Source of the DNA: an uncultured Verrucomicrobiae bacterium
GTDB lineage: Bacteria > Verrucomicrobiota > Verrucomicrobiia > Chthoniobacterales > JAFAMB01
DNA: 64,000 nucleotides
NCBI GenBank assembly: GCA_963813025.1
Contig: CAWEXO010000008.1
Span: forward strand, 327,030 to 391,029
Direction of reading: 5' to 3'
Positions 39,253 through 50,161 of the stretch are shown piece after piece (position 1 is the first letter of the stretch; each line of letters begins with the position of its first letter). The notes under the pieces were generated by a model. It did no database searches, was not told the DNA's origin, and saw only the letters and a list, made by a program, of their open reading frames with translations. The position numbers were made by a program, and so were the translations under genes.

Positions 39253-40028
39253 TTAGAACGCTGCTGCTTCGTCGACTAGCGCTCGGTAATATTGAAAAAC
39301 TGCTTTTAGACTGAAGCCGACCGCCGCCACCTGATCAGCAAAGGCGCTGCGCTGGGGTGTATGGACGGATAGAAAAAGGGGCGCGGCCGGCAGCCTTCCA
39401 GATTCTGAAAGGCTCCCGCGGTCCCGGTGGAGCTGGCGAGCACCCGGACCGGTTCCGCCGCCAACGGGACGCATCGCTGCGCGATTTCCAGAGTGGGCCA
39501 CAACACCTCGGCGGCAAGCACGCGGCTGGAAGTGCGAAACTGGAGGCCGGCCAGTGGTTCTCCGCCGTGGATCGTCACTACGCCATCAAGCTCGTTCGTG
39601 GCGAGTTCGCGCTCGAAGAAACGAACTACCGGGTCCGGCGAACCGCGCCAAAAGTCCCGCTCAAAATTTGGTTCCGGCTCGTTTAGCCGGGGCGGATTGG
39701 CGACTGGGTAAGTAAAAACCGCGTAATCTCTGGCAAGAAGAGATGCGAGATCCAATTCGACCACGAATTTTGCAACTGCGGTGCTGCTGATTCCGTCCGA
39801 GGACCGGAGTCCTCCAATTAGCGCCAAGCGCAGCGGAACACGTCCGGAACGCGGTCCAATCAAGACAAAGCTGGGGATAGGACAATCGCCGAGCTGAAGG
39901 GTTCGCCAGCGCGCCAGGCTGCCGGGCGCGGTCGAGAGGATCTCAAGCGAATCGAAAAGATCGCTGGATGAAACCCCCGGGGCGGCAAGACGACGCGGAT
40001 CTACGGGCAAGATGGTTGAGCTGGACAT
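39253..40028 (-). CDS. M14 peptidase-like protein with a degenerate Zn motif; frameshift near 39375
   Basis: RLALIGGL, YPVANP, NFERDFWRGS, GVVTIH; C-terminus continues in the 39253-39501 frame. Confidence 0.55.
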
Positions 40029-40565
40029 GACAAACGTTCCGTTGACCGATTCAGGTGAAAAATAGAACGTCGGCGCGTAAAGTCTACTAAAATAGTAATG
40101 TTAACGACCACGGTATGATTTCGATCCGCGCTGTACGCTCTGCTTCTAGAAATTACAGCGCGTTCATCTTCCCGAAACCCTCCAGTTCAGGTGATCCACC
40201 ACCCCTTGCCGCCTGAACGAAACCAATCGGAAAAAATCTGGCTATACGAGAAAAGCGCATTCGGATTTTTCGCAGAACGCCTGGTTGGACTCGTGCCGCT
40301 GTGCCGCGCAAATCCCTCGGGACGAGCTGCTTGTAAAACTCTCTCTTTCGGACTGGCCCAAGTATCCCGGACCGGGTTTCCTGAGAGACGCCGCGCACGC
40401 TCGATCGATTTCGCGACCAAAAGTCACTGCGGTTTAAGGTTGTGCCGGGCCCAGTTCCGTTCCAGGGTTGCCCAGCGTTCGAGAAATTCTTTACTACCTT
40501 AACCATTAACCCTCTGCTTGAATCCAGAAAGAGCGCTGGTACTATGCGGCGCTTAAATTCCTATT

Positions 40566-41852
40566 ATGCGTTTTCCTTTGGCGCTTACTTTGAAAATCGC
40601 CGGGCACATTGTGCGGCACAAGATTCGCGGGACGAAAAAGTTCGCCGCCGTCCTTCAGCTTGAGCCGCTGCACACCTGCAATCTCACGTGCACCGGATGC
40701 GGAAGAATTCGCGAGTATTCGACGTCTTTGAAAAACGTCATGTCTCTGCAGGATTGCCTGGATGCAGCGAATGACTGCGATGCGCCGATGGTTTCGATCT
40801 GCGGGGGAGAACCATTGATTTATCCCCAGATCGAGGCGCTCGTCACTGGTCTCCGCCAGCAAAAGCGCATCGTTTACATCTGCACCAACGGGATGTTTAT
40901 GCGAAAAAAAATGCGGGAATACCTTGCCTGGCAATATAGCCGGCATCCGGCGAAAACGGAGCAGGTCCTCGCTAAGCTGGAATCGCAGAAGTTGCTTTCT
41001 CCAACCGAGACCGGACAGATCCGGCAAGGACCAAAAGATCCCAAAAAGCCGGTGATTGCGCCCAGCAAGTGGCTTTACTGGAACGTCCATCTGGACGGCT
41101 TGGAGAAAATTCATGATATCATCGTCGAACGCGAAGGCGTGTTCCGGGAATGCATTACAGCTATACGCATGGCCAAAGTCCTCGGTTACCAAGTGGCGAC
41201 GAACACTACCGTTTATCGGGAAACCGAGATGGACGAGATCGAAGATCTGTTCGCGTTTTTGGGCACGTTGGGAGTTGATGGCCACACAATCTCGCCAGGG
41301 TACGACTACGATGCGGCCAAGAAAGACATGGCAAGCCGTCTCGGGATCGATCCGGCCAATTTCTTTCTTACCCGCCGGCTGACGGTCGAGAAGTTCGCCA
41401 GGATAGAGAGCTGGGGCGAGCGGTTTCCGATTCTGGGTACACCGATCTATTTGGAGTTCCTGGCCGGCCAAAGGGATCTTACTTGCTCTGCCTGGGCGAT
41501 CCCGACACGCAATATCATGGGCTGGAAAGCGCCGTGCTATTTCATGACGGACCTGGTAAAGACCGAAGGGCATTATAAGACCTATTCGGAACTGCTCGAA
41601 AAAGTGAACTGGGATCTCTATGGAGTAGTAGATGGAGTCGCGCGAGATCCGCGCTGCGAAAACTGCATGGTCCAGTGTGGATACGAACCGACTGCTTCGC
41701 TCGGTCTTCAGTCGAGGCCGGGCGACACCTGGAAAAATGTGGCCTATAACTTTGGGGCACGCCCAAAACCGCCCTCCAATGCGATCGATTATAGGAAGAT
41801 ATTTAACGGCGTTTCGGCGAAAGAGCCGGTAGCCCCGGTCAGCAGTCGCTAA
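40566..41852 (+). CDS. hpnH: Hopanoid biosynthesis radical SAM protein
   Basis: LEPLHTCNLTCTGCGRI, SICGGEPL, VHLDG, DPRCENCM; upstream of shc. Confidence 0.9.
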   Translation: MRFPLALTLKIAGHIVRHKIRGTKKFAAVLQLEPLHTCNLTCTGCGRIREYSTSLKNVMSLQDCLDAANDCDAPMVSICGGEPLIYPQIEALVTGLRQQKRIVYICTNGMFMRKKMREYLAWQYSRHPAKTEQVLAKLESQKLLSPTETGQIRQGPKDPKKPVIAPSKWLYWNVHLDGLEKIHDIIVEREGVFRECITAIRMAKVLGYQVATNTTVYRETEMDEIEDLFAFLGTLGVDGHTISPGYDYDAAKKDMASRLGIDPANFFLTRRLTVEKFARIESWGERFPILGTPIYLEFLAGQRDLTCSAWAIPTRNIMGWKAPCYFMTDLVKTEGHYKTYSELLEKVNWDLYGVVDGVARDPRCENCMVQCGYEPTASLGLQSRPGDTWKNVAYNFGARPKPPSNAIDYRKIFNGVSAKEPVAPVSSR

Positions 41853-41877
41853 TCCGCCGTCGTATCCAGGAAGGTCT

Positions 41878-43916
41878 ATGCGATTGCCGTCCGCTTCTTC
41901 AGCATCGATTCAAGAAGCGATCAGCCGAGCGCAACAGCATCTGATCCGGCTTCAATCAGAAGACGGTTACTGGCTGGGCGAGCTGGTCGTCGATGCGACG
42001 CTTTGCGCGGACTATGTGCTGTTCATGCACTGGCTTGGGAGAAGTGGAACCCGAGCTCGAGCGCAAGTGCGTTGAGCATATCTTCCGTCGGCAGCTGCCC
42101 GATGGCGGCTGGAACATTTATCCGGAAGGTCCGTCCGAAATTAATGCGACGGTAAAAGCTTATCTGTGCGCTTAAGCTGGCCGGAATCGCTTTCGACGAT
42201 GAGCCGAATGGTCATCGCCCGTGAGCGAGCCCGAGCGCTCGGCGGAATCGAAAAAACCAACACGTATGCACGTCTGTATCTGGCGCTGATCGGCCAGGTT
42301 CCTGGGACGCGGTGCCGACGATTCCAGTCGAATTCCTGCTGCTTGCCCCAGATGGCTGCCGATCAATTTGTATGCGGTCTCGTCGTGGACCCGATCGATG
42401 GTCGTGCCCTGGCGATCATCAATCATTACAAGCCGACTCGCACGTTCCTGAAGAACGGGGGATTCGTGAACTTTATCTCGGACCCGACAAAGGTTCCCAA
42501 GCTGCATGCCAAGGGGCTGAAGCGGTTTTTTATTCTGTTCGATCGGATTCTTAAATCTTGCTGAGCGATCGGAGAATCGCCTTTGCGCGAGGTCGCTCTC
42601 GCAAGGCCGAAAACTGGATGATCGAACGCATCGGCGACGGTTGCAGCGGATTGGCCGCAATTTTTCCCGCGATGCTGAATTCGCTGATGGCGCTGCGCTG
42701 TCTGGGATATGACACGATCATCCGGTCTACGCGAAAGCCGACGCGGATTTCCGGGAACTGTTTGTTGAGGACGAGAACGGTTTCCGCATCCAGCCTTGCT
42801 TTTCTCCGGTCTGGGACACGGCGATCACCATGTTGTCGCTGGTGCGATCGGGTCTCACGCTGGAGGACGAGTCGATCCAAAGAGCGGCCGGCTGGCTGGT
42901 CGGACAGGAAGTGCGCATCGCCGGCGACTGGGTGGTCCGGAATCCGCAAGCCGGAACCGTCCGGATGGGCGTTCGAGTTCAATAATCCTTTCAACCCGGA
43001 TACCGACGATACCGCAATGGTGCTGCTCGCCTTGCGCACTGCCGGATATGGGGACAATCCCGAGCTGTACCAACGCAGCGTGCGCTGGTTGCTCAGCTTT
43101 CAGTGCAAAGATGGTGGTTGGGCGGCATTCGACAAGGACGTGACTAATCGCCTGCTGGAGCATGTGCCTTTTGCCGATCACAACGCGATTCTCGATCCGA
43201 GCTGTTCAAACATCACCGCGCGAGTTCTGGAGGTGCTGGCAACGTTCGGGTATTCGACCGAACACCCGGTGGTTGAGCAGGCGGTGGCGTTCCTGCGGCG
43301 GAGCCAGGAACCCGACGGCTCCTGGTATGGACGTTGGGGCGTCAACTATATTTACGGCACGTGGCAGGTTCTGCGCGGCCTGAATGCGATTGGCGCCGAC
43401 ATGAGCAGCCCCTGGATCCAAAGCGGCCGCGAATGGCTGGAAAAACATCAGAATCCCGATGGCGGTTGGGGTGAAAGCTGCGCGTCCTATGACGACCCGT
43501 CGTTGCGTGGCTGCGGACGAAGCACTCCTTCGCAGACCGCCTGGGCGTTAATGGGCCTTTGTTCTTTTCCGGAACTGGATCGGGAGAGCGTGAAAAGAGG
43601 TATTAACTTTCTGGTACAGAGCCAGAATGGTGATGGTTCGTGGAGCGAGTCACTGATCACGGGCACTGGATTTCCCCGGGTATTTTACCTCAAATACGAC
43701 ATGTACCGGAATAATTGGCCCCTGCAGGCCCTGGCTATTTACGAGCGGGCAATTGCAAAGAAGATTTCGGATCAGGAAAAACAAGCAGAGTTCAGCACCA
43801 ACCTGCGGAGCGACGCGGAGGCGATACCGGCATCCACTTCGCTGCTGGCCGGGTTATCGGTACTTCCGGGGTTCGACCTGATTCGCGACTTTCTGTCAAA
43901 GCTTAGTCACGGCTAG
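41878..43916 (+). CDS. shc: Squalene-hopene cyclase with multiple frameshifts in ~42040-42960
   Basis: QSEDGYW, QLPDGGW, PDTDDTA catalytic motif, QW repeats, TGTGFPRVFYLKY. Confidence 0.88.
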
Positions 43917-44015
43917 CCCGAAAAACAGCATTGCGCGCAAATCTCTAAGGATTGCAAGCGACGCAGGCTAAGGTACGTCTTAAACATGGGATCTCCTCGG
44001 GCAGAGCACACCACA

Positions 44016-45599
44016 ATGAGGGTTCTTGTTACCGACGCGATTTCGCCGCGAGGCATCGACCAACTTCGTGGCACCGGCGACCTTGATGTACAGGTGGCCA
44101 TTGGACTGGATGAGGAAAATTTGGTGGCAGCCATCGCGGATTACCAGGCGCTCATCGTTCGCTCGCAAACAAAAGTAACGCGGCGGGTGATCGAAGCGGC
44201 AAAATCGCTACGAGCTATCGGGCGAGCCGGTGTGGGAGTGGATAACGTGGATGTGGAGACGGCAACTCGCCGCGGAATCATTGTGATGAATACGCCAGGG
44301 GGCAACACCGTCTCGACCGCGGAGCACGCGTTTTCTCTGCTGGTCTCGATTGCCCGGAGTATTCCTCAGGCTGACGCGAGTGTGAAGGCTGGCCGATGGG
44401 ATCGCAAATCGTACGAGGGTGTGGAACTGAACGGCAAAACAATCGGCATCCTTGGCATGGGCCGGATCGGCACGGAGATAGCGCGCCGGGCCATCGCCTT
44501 TGGCATGCGCCCGGTCGCTTACGATCCATACCTGGCGCCGAGCCGGGCGCGAGCACTCCAGGTAGAGCTTTACGATGATCTCACCGACGTTCTGGTCCGC
44601 GCTGATTTCCTGACGCTGCACATGCCATTATCGAACGAGACTCGCCACCTTCTGGACGAAACTCGGTTGGCAAAGTGCAAACGCGGGGTTCGCATTGTGA
44701 ACTGTGCCCGAGGAGGTCTTATTGACGAGTCCGCGCTTTATGACGGACTGGTCTCCGGCCAGGTGGCCGCCGCTGCGCTTGATGTATTTGAGGTCGAACC
44801 TCCACCAGCTGATTTTCGGCTTCGAACGCTTTCTAATGTGGTTTTTACCCCTCACCTTGGCGCCTCCACAACGGAAGCACAGGAAAGCGTGGGAATCGAG
44901 ATCGCGGATGCTATCCGGTCTCTCTTGATCGATGGTGTCATTCGCAATGCGGTCAATGTACCCAATATCGATGCCAAGACCCTGGCTCTGATCGGTCCCT
45001 ACCTGGATTTCGGTGAGCGGCTTGGACGGTTTCTTCGCCAGATCGCGCCGAAGCGGAGCGAGAACCTGCGAATCAATTACAGTGGCAAAGTGAACGAAGG
45101 CGACACCACTCCGATTTCGCGCTACGTCCTCAAAGGTTTCCTGGAGGAAGCTGGCGGGAGCGATGTGAACCACGTGAACGCGACGGCTCTGGCTGAAACC
45201 CTCGGGTTGAAACTCCAGGAAACACGCGAAAGTGTAACCGGAGAGTTTACCGACCTGGTCGAGGTTAGGGTGAGTGCCGGATCGGACGAAGTCAGCGTAG
45301 CCGGCACGTTTATCGGCGCATCGCCGCGAATCGTCCGGATAAACGGCCGACACGTTGAAGCGCGGTGCAAAGGCGTCCTTCTCGTGATGGAAAACAAGGA
45401 TGTTCCCGGCATCGTAGGTCAGATCGGCACCCTTCTGGGAAACCGCCAAGTAAACATTGCCAACATGTCTCTGAGCCGGGATCATGTCGGAGGCGAGGCA
45501 CTGACTGTGCTGAACCTCGATTCCGCTCCTTCCGCGGAATTGCTGAAGGAAATTCTCCAGAACCCGAACATCACCGCCGCTCGGGTAATCGAGCTCTAG
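44016..45599 (+). CDS. serA: D-3-phosphoglycerate dehydrogenase
   Basis: RAGVGVDNVD, GMGRIG, NCARGG, TPHLGAST, C-terminal ACT domain. Confidence 0.96.
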   Translation: MRVLVTDAISPRGIDQLRGTGDLDVQVAIGLDEENLVAAIADYQALIVRSQTKVTRRVIEAAKSLRAIGRAGVGVDNVDVETATRRGIIVMNTPGGNTVSTAEHAFSLLVSIARSIPQADASVKAGRWDRKSYEGVELNGKTIGILGMGRIGTEIARRAIAFGMRPVAYDPYLAPSRARALQVELYDDLTDVLVRADFLTLHMPLSNETRHLLDETRLAKCKRGVRIVNCARGGLIDESALYDGLVSGQVAAAALDVFEVEPPPADFRLRTLSNVVFTPHLGASTTEAQESVGIEIADAIRSLLIDGVIRNAVNVPNIDAKTLALIGPYLDFGERLGRFLRQIAPKRSENLRINYSGKVNEGDTTPISRYVLKGFLEEAGGSDVNHVNATALAETLGLKLQETRESVTGEFTDLVEVRVSAGSDEVSVAGTFIGASPRIVRINGRHVEARCKGVLLVMENKDVPGIVGQIGTLLGNRQVNIANMSLSRDHVGGEALTVLNLDSAPSAELLKEILQNPNITAARVIEL

Positions 45600-45601
45600 T
45601 T

Positions 45602-46033
45602 TCAATAGATTCGCCAATTCCCCGGAGTCATCAGTTCAAGAAGATGATTGTCTGGATCACGGAAGTAAACGCTTTCACCTCCTCGCAACCATCGCATGCG
45701 ACCTTCGATCGCTACTCCGTGGTCGCGCAGTCGCGTTTCCCATTCGTTTAATTCGTCGAACTCGATCGCGAAACACATGTGCAGGGGTCCGTAGCCATCA
45801 TGCGGCGGAATCTCGCCTCGGATCGATCCCGCTTCTCCGGAAAACACCTGTGTCCTCAATGATGCGCCGCGTTTGAAGATCAGCAGTACGCTCTGACCGC
45901 CTACGTCATATGCGGACAAAGTGTCCGTCTCCGAGATCGGCCTCAGTTCAAGGACGTCGCGGTAAAATTGCCGCGCGCGATCAAGGTCATCCACATAAAG
46001 CGCGGTCTCGATAATGCGACTGATTTTGGGCAT
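45602..46033 (-). CDS. VOC/glyoxalase family protein
   Basis: ETALYVDDL, PPHDG.GPLHMCF, SVYFRDPDNHLLEL. Confidence 0.92.
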   Translation of the reverse strand: MPKISRIIETALYVDDLDRARQFYRDVLELRPISETDTLSAYDVGGQSVLLIFKRGASLRTQVFSGEAGSIRGEIPPHDGYGPLHMCFAIEFDELNEWETRLRDHGVAIEGRMRWLRGGESVYFRDPDNHLLELMTPGNWRIY

Positions 46034-46164
46034 GCCTGAACAAGTTAGGGGGCGAACAGCGGCGAATGCTGCCTAGAATTATCTTCGTTTGCCGCCAATA
46101 ATCCGAGTGGACCTGTCCCTTATTTCATCCCTCTCCAAAGCTTAACCCTCGGACTAATCGAGCT

Positions 46165-46665
46165 TTACTCGAGCATCTTCTGCAGGATATGTACGTCGAG
46201 CCGACGCCCGAACTTGCAACCAACCTCCTTCATCGTACCGATCAGCACGAACCCGGCGCGCTGATTAAGTCTGAGACTAGCCTCGCTGCCTTCTGCGACG
46301 CGTGCGACCAGGGTATGGAAGCCAAGCCGTCGGGCCTCTGTGATCAGAGCTTGTTTCAGGGACCAACCGATACCTTGTCCGCGATACTTACCGTCGACAT
46401 AAGAGGATGTCTCGGCCGTACCGTCGTAGGCGATCCGGTCCGACCAGCGAGTTAGCGCGCCCCATCCGACAATTTGACCGTTAATGTCCGCAACGAGGAT
46501 CGGGTAACGCGTATCATGGGCGGCAAACCACTTTTGTTGACTATCCATGTCCTTGGGTTCGGTATCGAAGGTGGCGGTCGTGTTAAGGATAGCCTCGTTA
46601 TAAATCTCCGTAATCGCCTCCAGGTCCCGAAGCTCCGCCCGGCGAATTTTAAACTCGTTCTCCAT
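46165..46665 (-). CDS. GNAT N-acetyltransferase (Pat/YncA-like)
   Basis: IYNEAILNTTATFD, RGQGIG, EVGCKFGRRLDV. Confidence 0.9.
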   Translation of the reverse strand: MENEFKIRRAELRDLEAITEIYNEAILNTTATFDTEPKDMDSQQKWFAAHDTRYPILVADINGQIVGWGALTRWSDRIAYDGTAETSSYVDGKYRGQGIGWSLKQALITEARRLGFHTLVARVAEGSEASLRLNQRAGFVLIGTMKEVGCKFGRRLDVHILQKMLE

Positions 46666-46686
46666 TTGTCTGCGATGCGAAGTTTC

Positions 46687-47422
46687 CGTCAAAGGTGACC
46701 TGTCCCCACTTTCCTTCCCCACTTTCCTTTAATGCGACATGTCACTTCGTTTCATACCGCAAGGCGCCCGATAGGTCAGGCCACATCATCAAATTTATAA
46801 ACCAAAACAGGCAACTCGCGCCGCCGTCCCTCGATCTCTGTGATGCTCGCCCCGACGCGAAGCGCGCCCAAGCGCTGGTAAAAGCCTTCAGCATTCGGAC
46901 CAGATTCTATCTGCAGCGATGTAAACCCTAACGCTCGCGCCCGCGCAAGAGCGTGAGAGAATAATGAGCGTCCCGCCCCTCGCCCCATCGCATCGGGCAA
47001 GACCCACAAATGCTCTAGATGTAGTTTGCCGTTGACGCTGCTTAATGCATAGAACCCCACCTGCTGGCCCTCCACCACGGCTACATAGGTGTGGTAGCCC
47101 GCAACGAACTCTGGTCGAATGGTCAGCCGCTCACGCCAATGCTCTATCCACCGTTCTGGGTAGGCCAGTGATTCTTCGCAGTGACCGCGATATGGGTCAA
47201 CGTCGCGGCGCCTTCTGGTTTGGCTCTCACGATGTGCATTCGCAACGCTTCAGCCAGAAGACGGAAGGAGTCCCCGAGTTTGATCACGCCCGGGGTGTTT
47301 GGCAGCGCTCCGCGCAGTCTTAAAGCGGCGACGAGGCCTGCTGCCGCGCCATAGGCGAGCACAGCGAAGGCCGGTCCCGCGCACTCCAAATTCAGAAAGT
47401 TCGTCAAAGGTGACCTGTCCCC
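46687..47422. repeat. 21-bp direct repeat pair flanking a GNAT gene
   Basis: CGTCAAAGGTGACCTGTCCCC at 46687-46707 and 47402-47422; core GACCTGTCCC also at 46110. Confidence 0.75.
46776..47239 (-). CDS. GNAT N-acetyltransferase, frameshift near 47163
   Basis: MHIVRAKPE..AKNHW / YPERWIEHW..LEHLWVLPDAMGRGAGR..PNAEGFY. Confidence 0.8.
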
Positions 47423-47576
47423 TATGTCGGGTCTTCTGTTGCCCACCGGAGCCGCAAGACTTCAGGTAAGGCGTCTTGGGATGCGCGCGAGAATACGGAC
47501 GCGGCCGTCCGCGCCACATAACATGAACAGCCCTTTAAACGCCGAGACGACGTTCATGCTCGTCTCTATTCCGCTT

Positions 47577-48170
47577 TCAAACGGCGCGAAGTGGGGCATT
47601 CGCAAGCACGGCCTGGATATCATCAATCAACGCGTCCAGCATCCTGATCATCCGGCCCAATTCGGGATCCGACTTCGCTCCCTCGCTCCGGAGTCGCCGC
47701 GTCAAAGAATGCGCCTCAAACGCAATCAGTAAAATCTGCTGACTGATAAAGTCGTGGAACTGTTGCCTGATCCGGTCGTTCTCTTCGCGCTTCCCAAGGG
47801 CCACTCCTCGGAGGAATTCATTGGTAGCCGCAATCCGAGAATCGGTATCCAGGATAAACAGGACAAAATCATCGCTCCGGCGGAAGGCACGCCCCGTCCA
47901 GACATCCTGAGCGAGAGGACGCTTAATCGCGCATGTGGCGAAGCTCACCGGTTTTTCATTTGAATCATTTTGCTGAGGCGGCGCCCAAACCAGGGTAGCA
48001 ATCGCCGAGACTTTCAGGAACGCGGCGTCCCCGGTGACAGATCCCAGAGCGTCTGCGAAGCTGGGGTTCCAGCAAATAAACCGATCGCTCTTAAGATCGA
48101 CCAAAGCGGCCGGTAAACTAAAGTAGTCAAGTGCTGCCAATGTAGCATCCGGATTGTACTCATTTTCCAT
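47577..48170 (-). CDS. PAS-like plus HisKA_3-like protein lacking an ATPase domain
   Basis: LPAALVD..WNPSFADALG; EENDRIRQQFHDFISQQI H-box-like segment. Confidence 0.55.
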   Translation of the reverse strand: MENEYNPDATLAALDYFSLPAALVDLKSDRFICWNPSFADALGSVTGDAAFLKVSAIATLVWAPPQQNDSNEKPVSFATCAIKRPLAQDVWTGRAFRRSDDFVLFILDTDSRIAATNEFLRGVALGKREENDRIRQQFHDFISQQILLIAFEAHSLTRRLRSEGAKSDPELGRMIRMLDALIDDIQAVLANAPLRAV

Positions 48171-48302
48171 TTTTCTTAACCTCCGCGCGTGTCTTGAGTT
48201 ATCAGTTTTCTGAACGGCATCCGCAAATTGCCCTGGCCACCTTGAATGTCTTTCTGACGGGACTATGACTTAAAACGGAATTTCCGCGAGACCTTTAACG
48301 CT

Positions 48303-49403
48303 TCAGAAAGGGAGTGGTGCATACGGCAAATTGTTTGCTTCTGCCACGGCGCGGTTGTGGATCTTGCCGTTCATGACGTTAATACCGCAACGTAAAGCAT
48401 CCTGGCGTTTGATCGCGCCTTCTACTCCGCCTTCAGCGAGGAATTCGACGAAACGCGCCGTCACATTGGTCAGAGCCTGGGTGGCAGTCCGGGCATAGGC
48501 CGCCGGCATATTGGCCACACAATAGTGGGTGACGCCTTCTTCAACGTAAATCGGATCATGGTGGGTGGTGGGACGCGATGTTTCACAGCAACCGCCCTGA
48601 TCGATCGCGATATCCACCAGCACGCTCCCCGGCCGCATCATGCGCAATATTTCCCGGGTGATCAGTCGGGGAGCCCGGGCACCTGGGAGGAGAACAGCCC
48701 CGATCAACAGATCCGTCCGTGGCAACATCTGCAGGAGATGCGCTTCGCTCGAATACAGCGTATGCGCCGTGTGCATGGTGATATCGAGAAAACGCATCCG
48801 CTCGACATCAACCTCGAGTATGGTTACCTCGGCGCCGAGTCCGGTCGCCATTCGAGCGGCGTTTACCCCGGATGTTCCTCCGCCGACCACCACGACGTTT
48901 CCCGGTAGCACTCCAGGCACCCCGCCAAGCAGCACGCCTTTGCCACCGCTGTGCTTCGCCAGAAAGTACGCGCCGACCACGATCGACATGCGACCCGCGA
49001 TCTCGCTCATTGGTTCGAGCAGAGGCAACCGGCGATTCACCTCGATGGTCTCGTAGGCGACGGCCGTAACCCCCGAGCGCTGGAGCGCTTCGGTCAGCGG
49101 CTTGTTGGCCGCCAGATGAAGGTAGGTAAAAAGAATCTGGTCCGGCCGCAGGAGGGCATATTCGCTTGGCAACGGTTCCTTGACTTTTACGATCAGTTCA
49201 GCCTCGCCAAAAACATCTTCGTGACGTTTGCACAGCACTCCTCCCGCCTGTGCATATTCCTCGTCGGGAAATCCCGAACCAATGCCGGCTCCAGTCTCAA
49301 CAAAGACCGTATGCCCCAGCCTGGTCAGTTGATAGACAACTGAAGGCAATACGCCAACGCGATGTTCTTGTTCCTTGATCTCTTTCGGAACGCCGACCTT
49401 CAT
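48303..49403 (-). CDS. ald: Alanine dehydrogenase
   Basis: MKVGVPKEIK, KVKEP, PMSEIAGR, DIAIDQGG, HYCVANMP. Confidence 0.96.
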   Translation of the reverse strand: MKVGVPKEIKEQEHRVGVLPSVVYQLTRLGHTVFVETGAGIGSGFPDEEYAQAGGVLCKRHEDVFGEAELIVKVKEPLPSEYALLRPDQILFTYLHLAANKPLTEALQRSGVTAVAYETIEVNRRLPLLEPMSEIAGRMSIVVGAYFLAKHSGGKGVLLGGVPGVLPGNVVVVGGGTSGVNAARMATGLGAEVTILEVDVERMRFLDITMHTAHTLYSSEAHLLQMLPRTDLLIGAVLLPGARAPRLITREILRMMRPGSVLVDIAIDQGGCCETSRPTTHHDPIYVEEGVTHYCVANMPAAYARTATQALTNVTARFVEFLAEGGVEGAIKRQDALRCGINVMNGKIHNRAVAEANNLPYAPLPF

Positions 49404-49476
49404 CTTTGAAGGTCGGCGAAGAAAGGGATCATTCAAATAGACAACCGCTTGGCACCGTTATATGAGAGACGGTGCA

Positions 49477-50031
49477 CTAGTTCATCGATGGGTCGTCGGG
49501 AGTTTGCGCCAGCAACCGGTACGTCGGTCCCAGGCTCGACACCATTTTATACCATAAACTCTCGATCTCCGGTGCGAAGAGAATCTCGCGCGTGAATGGA
49601 AAGATCAGCCAAGCCTGCTGACTGATCTCCATCTCAAGCTGTCCGGCACTCCAACCCGCGTAACCGCGAAAGGCCCGAAGCAGTCCTTGCTCTTGTCCAA
49701 AAGCGCCAAATTCCTCGATGGAGAGATGCGACTGCACGGTCAGCTGGCCTTCTTCGGCAAAATCAAAAGAAACCAGGATTAATTCTTCCGATCCGACCGG
49801 ACCGCCCGAATAAACCGCGATGTCGTCCGCGGCCAACCCGCCCGGAGCCGGAAGGTAATCGGCCAGCTTTTTGTCCGTTGGACGATTCAAGATGAGGCCG
49901 AAAGCGCCATCATCCCGGTCATGCATCGAGAGAAACAGAATCGCACGCCGAAAGTTTGGATCGCGCAGGTTGGGATGCGCCAGCAGTAAACTTCCGCGCA
50001 GATTTGGCACATTTTTATCGAAGTCTCTCAT
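49477..50031 (-). CDS. YqgE/AlgH family protein
   Basis: LRDPNF, GLILNRP, GGPV, GYAGWSAGQLE. Confidence 0.92.
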   Translation of the reverse strand: MRDFDKNVPNLRGSLLLAHPNLRDPNFRRAILFLSMHDRDDGAFGLILNRPTDKKLADYLPAPGGLAADDIAVYSGGPVGSEELILVSFDFAEEGQLTVQSHLSIEEFGAFGQEQGLLRAFRGYAGWSAGQLEMEISQQAWLIFPFTREILFAPEIESLWYKMVSSLGPTYRLLAQTPDDPSMN

Positions 50032-50161
50032 TACTTTGAAAATCGCGAACTTGCCGACACAGATTCGCGTATAGTGTAACAATGCAGCGTACCGCTTTAG
50101 CCGGAACAAGGAAATTTGATTTCGCTCGCCGGACCGAAGTTCGCGGAGCGGGCATACCTCG

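Noticed and set aside
49449..49466. Sigma54 promoter at TGGCAC
   Set aside because: No TTGC -12 element, wrong orientation for ald, and it is part of the dispersed repeat
50032..50161. TPP riboswitch upstream of thiG
   Set aside because: No CTGAGA or other TPP consensus visible in the short spacer
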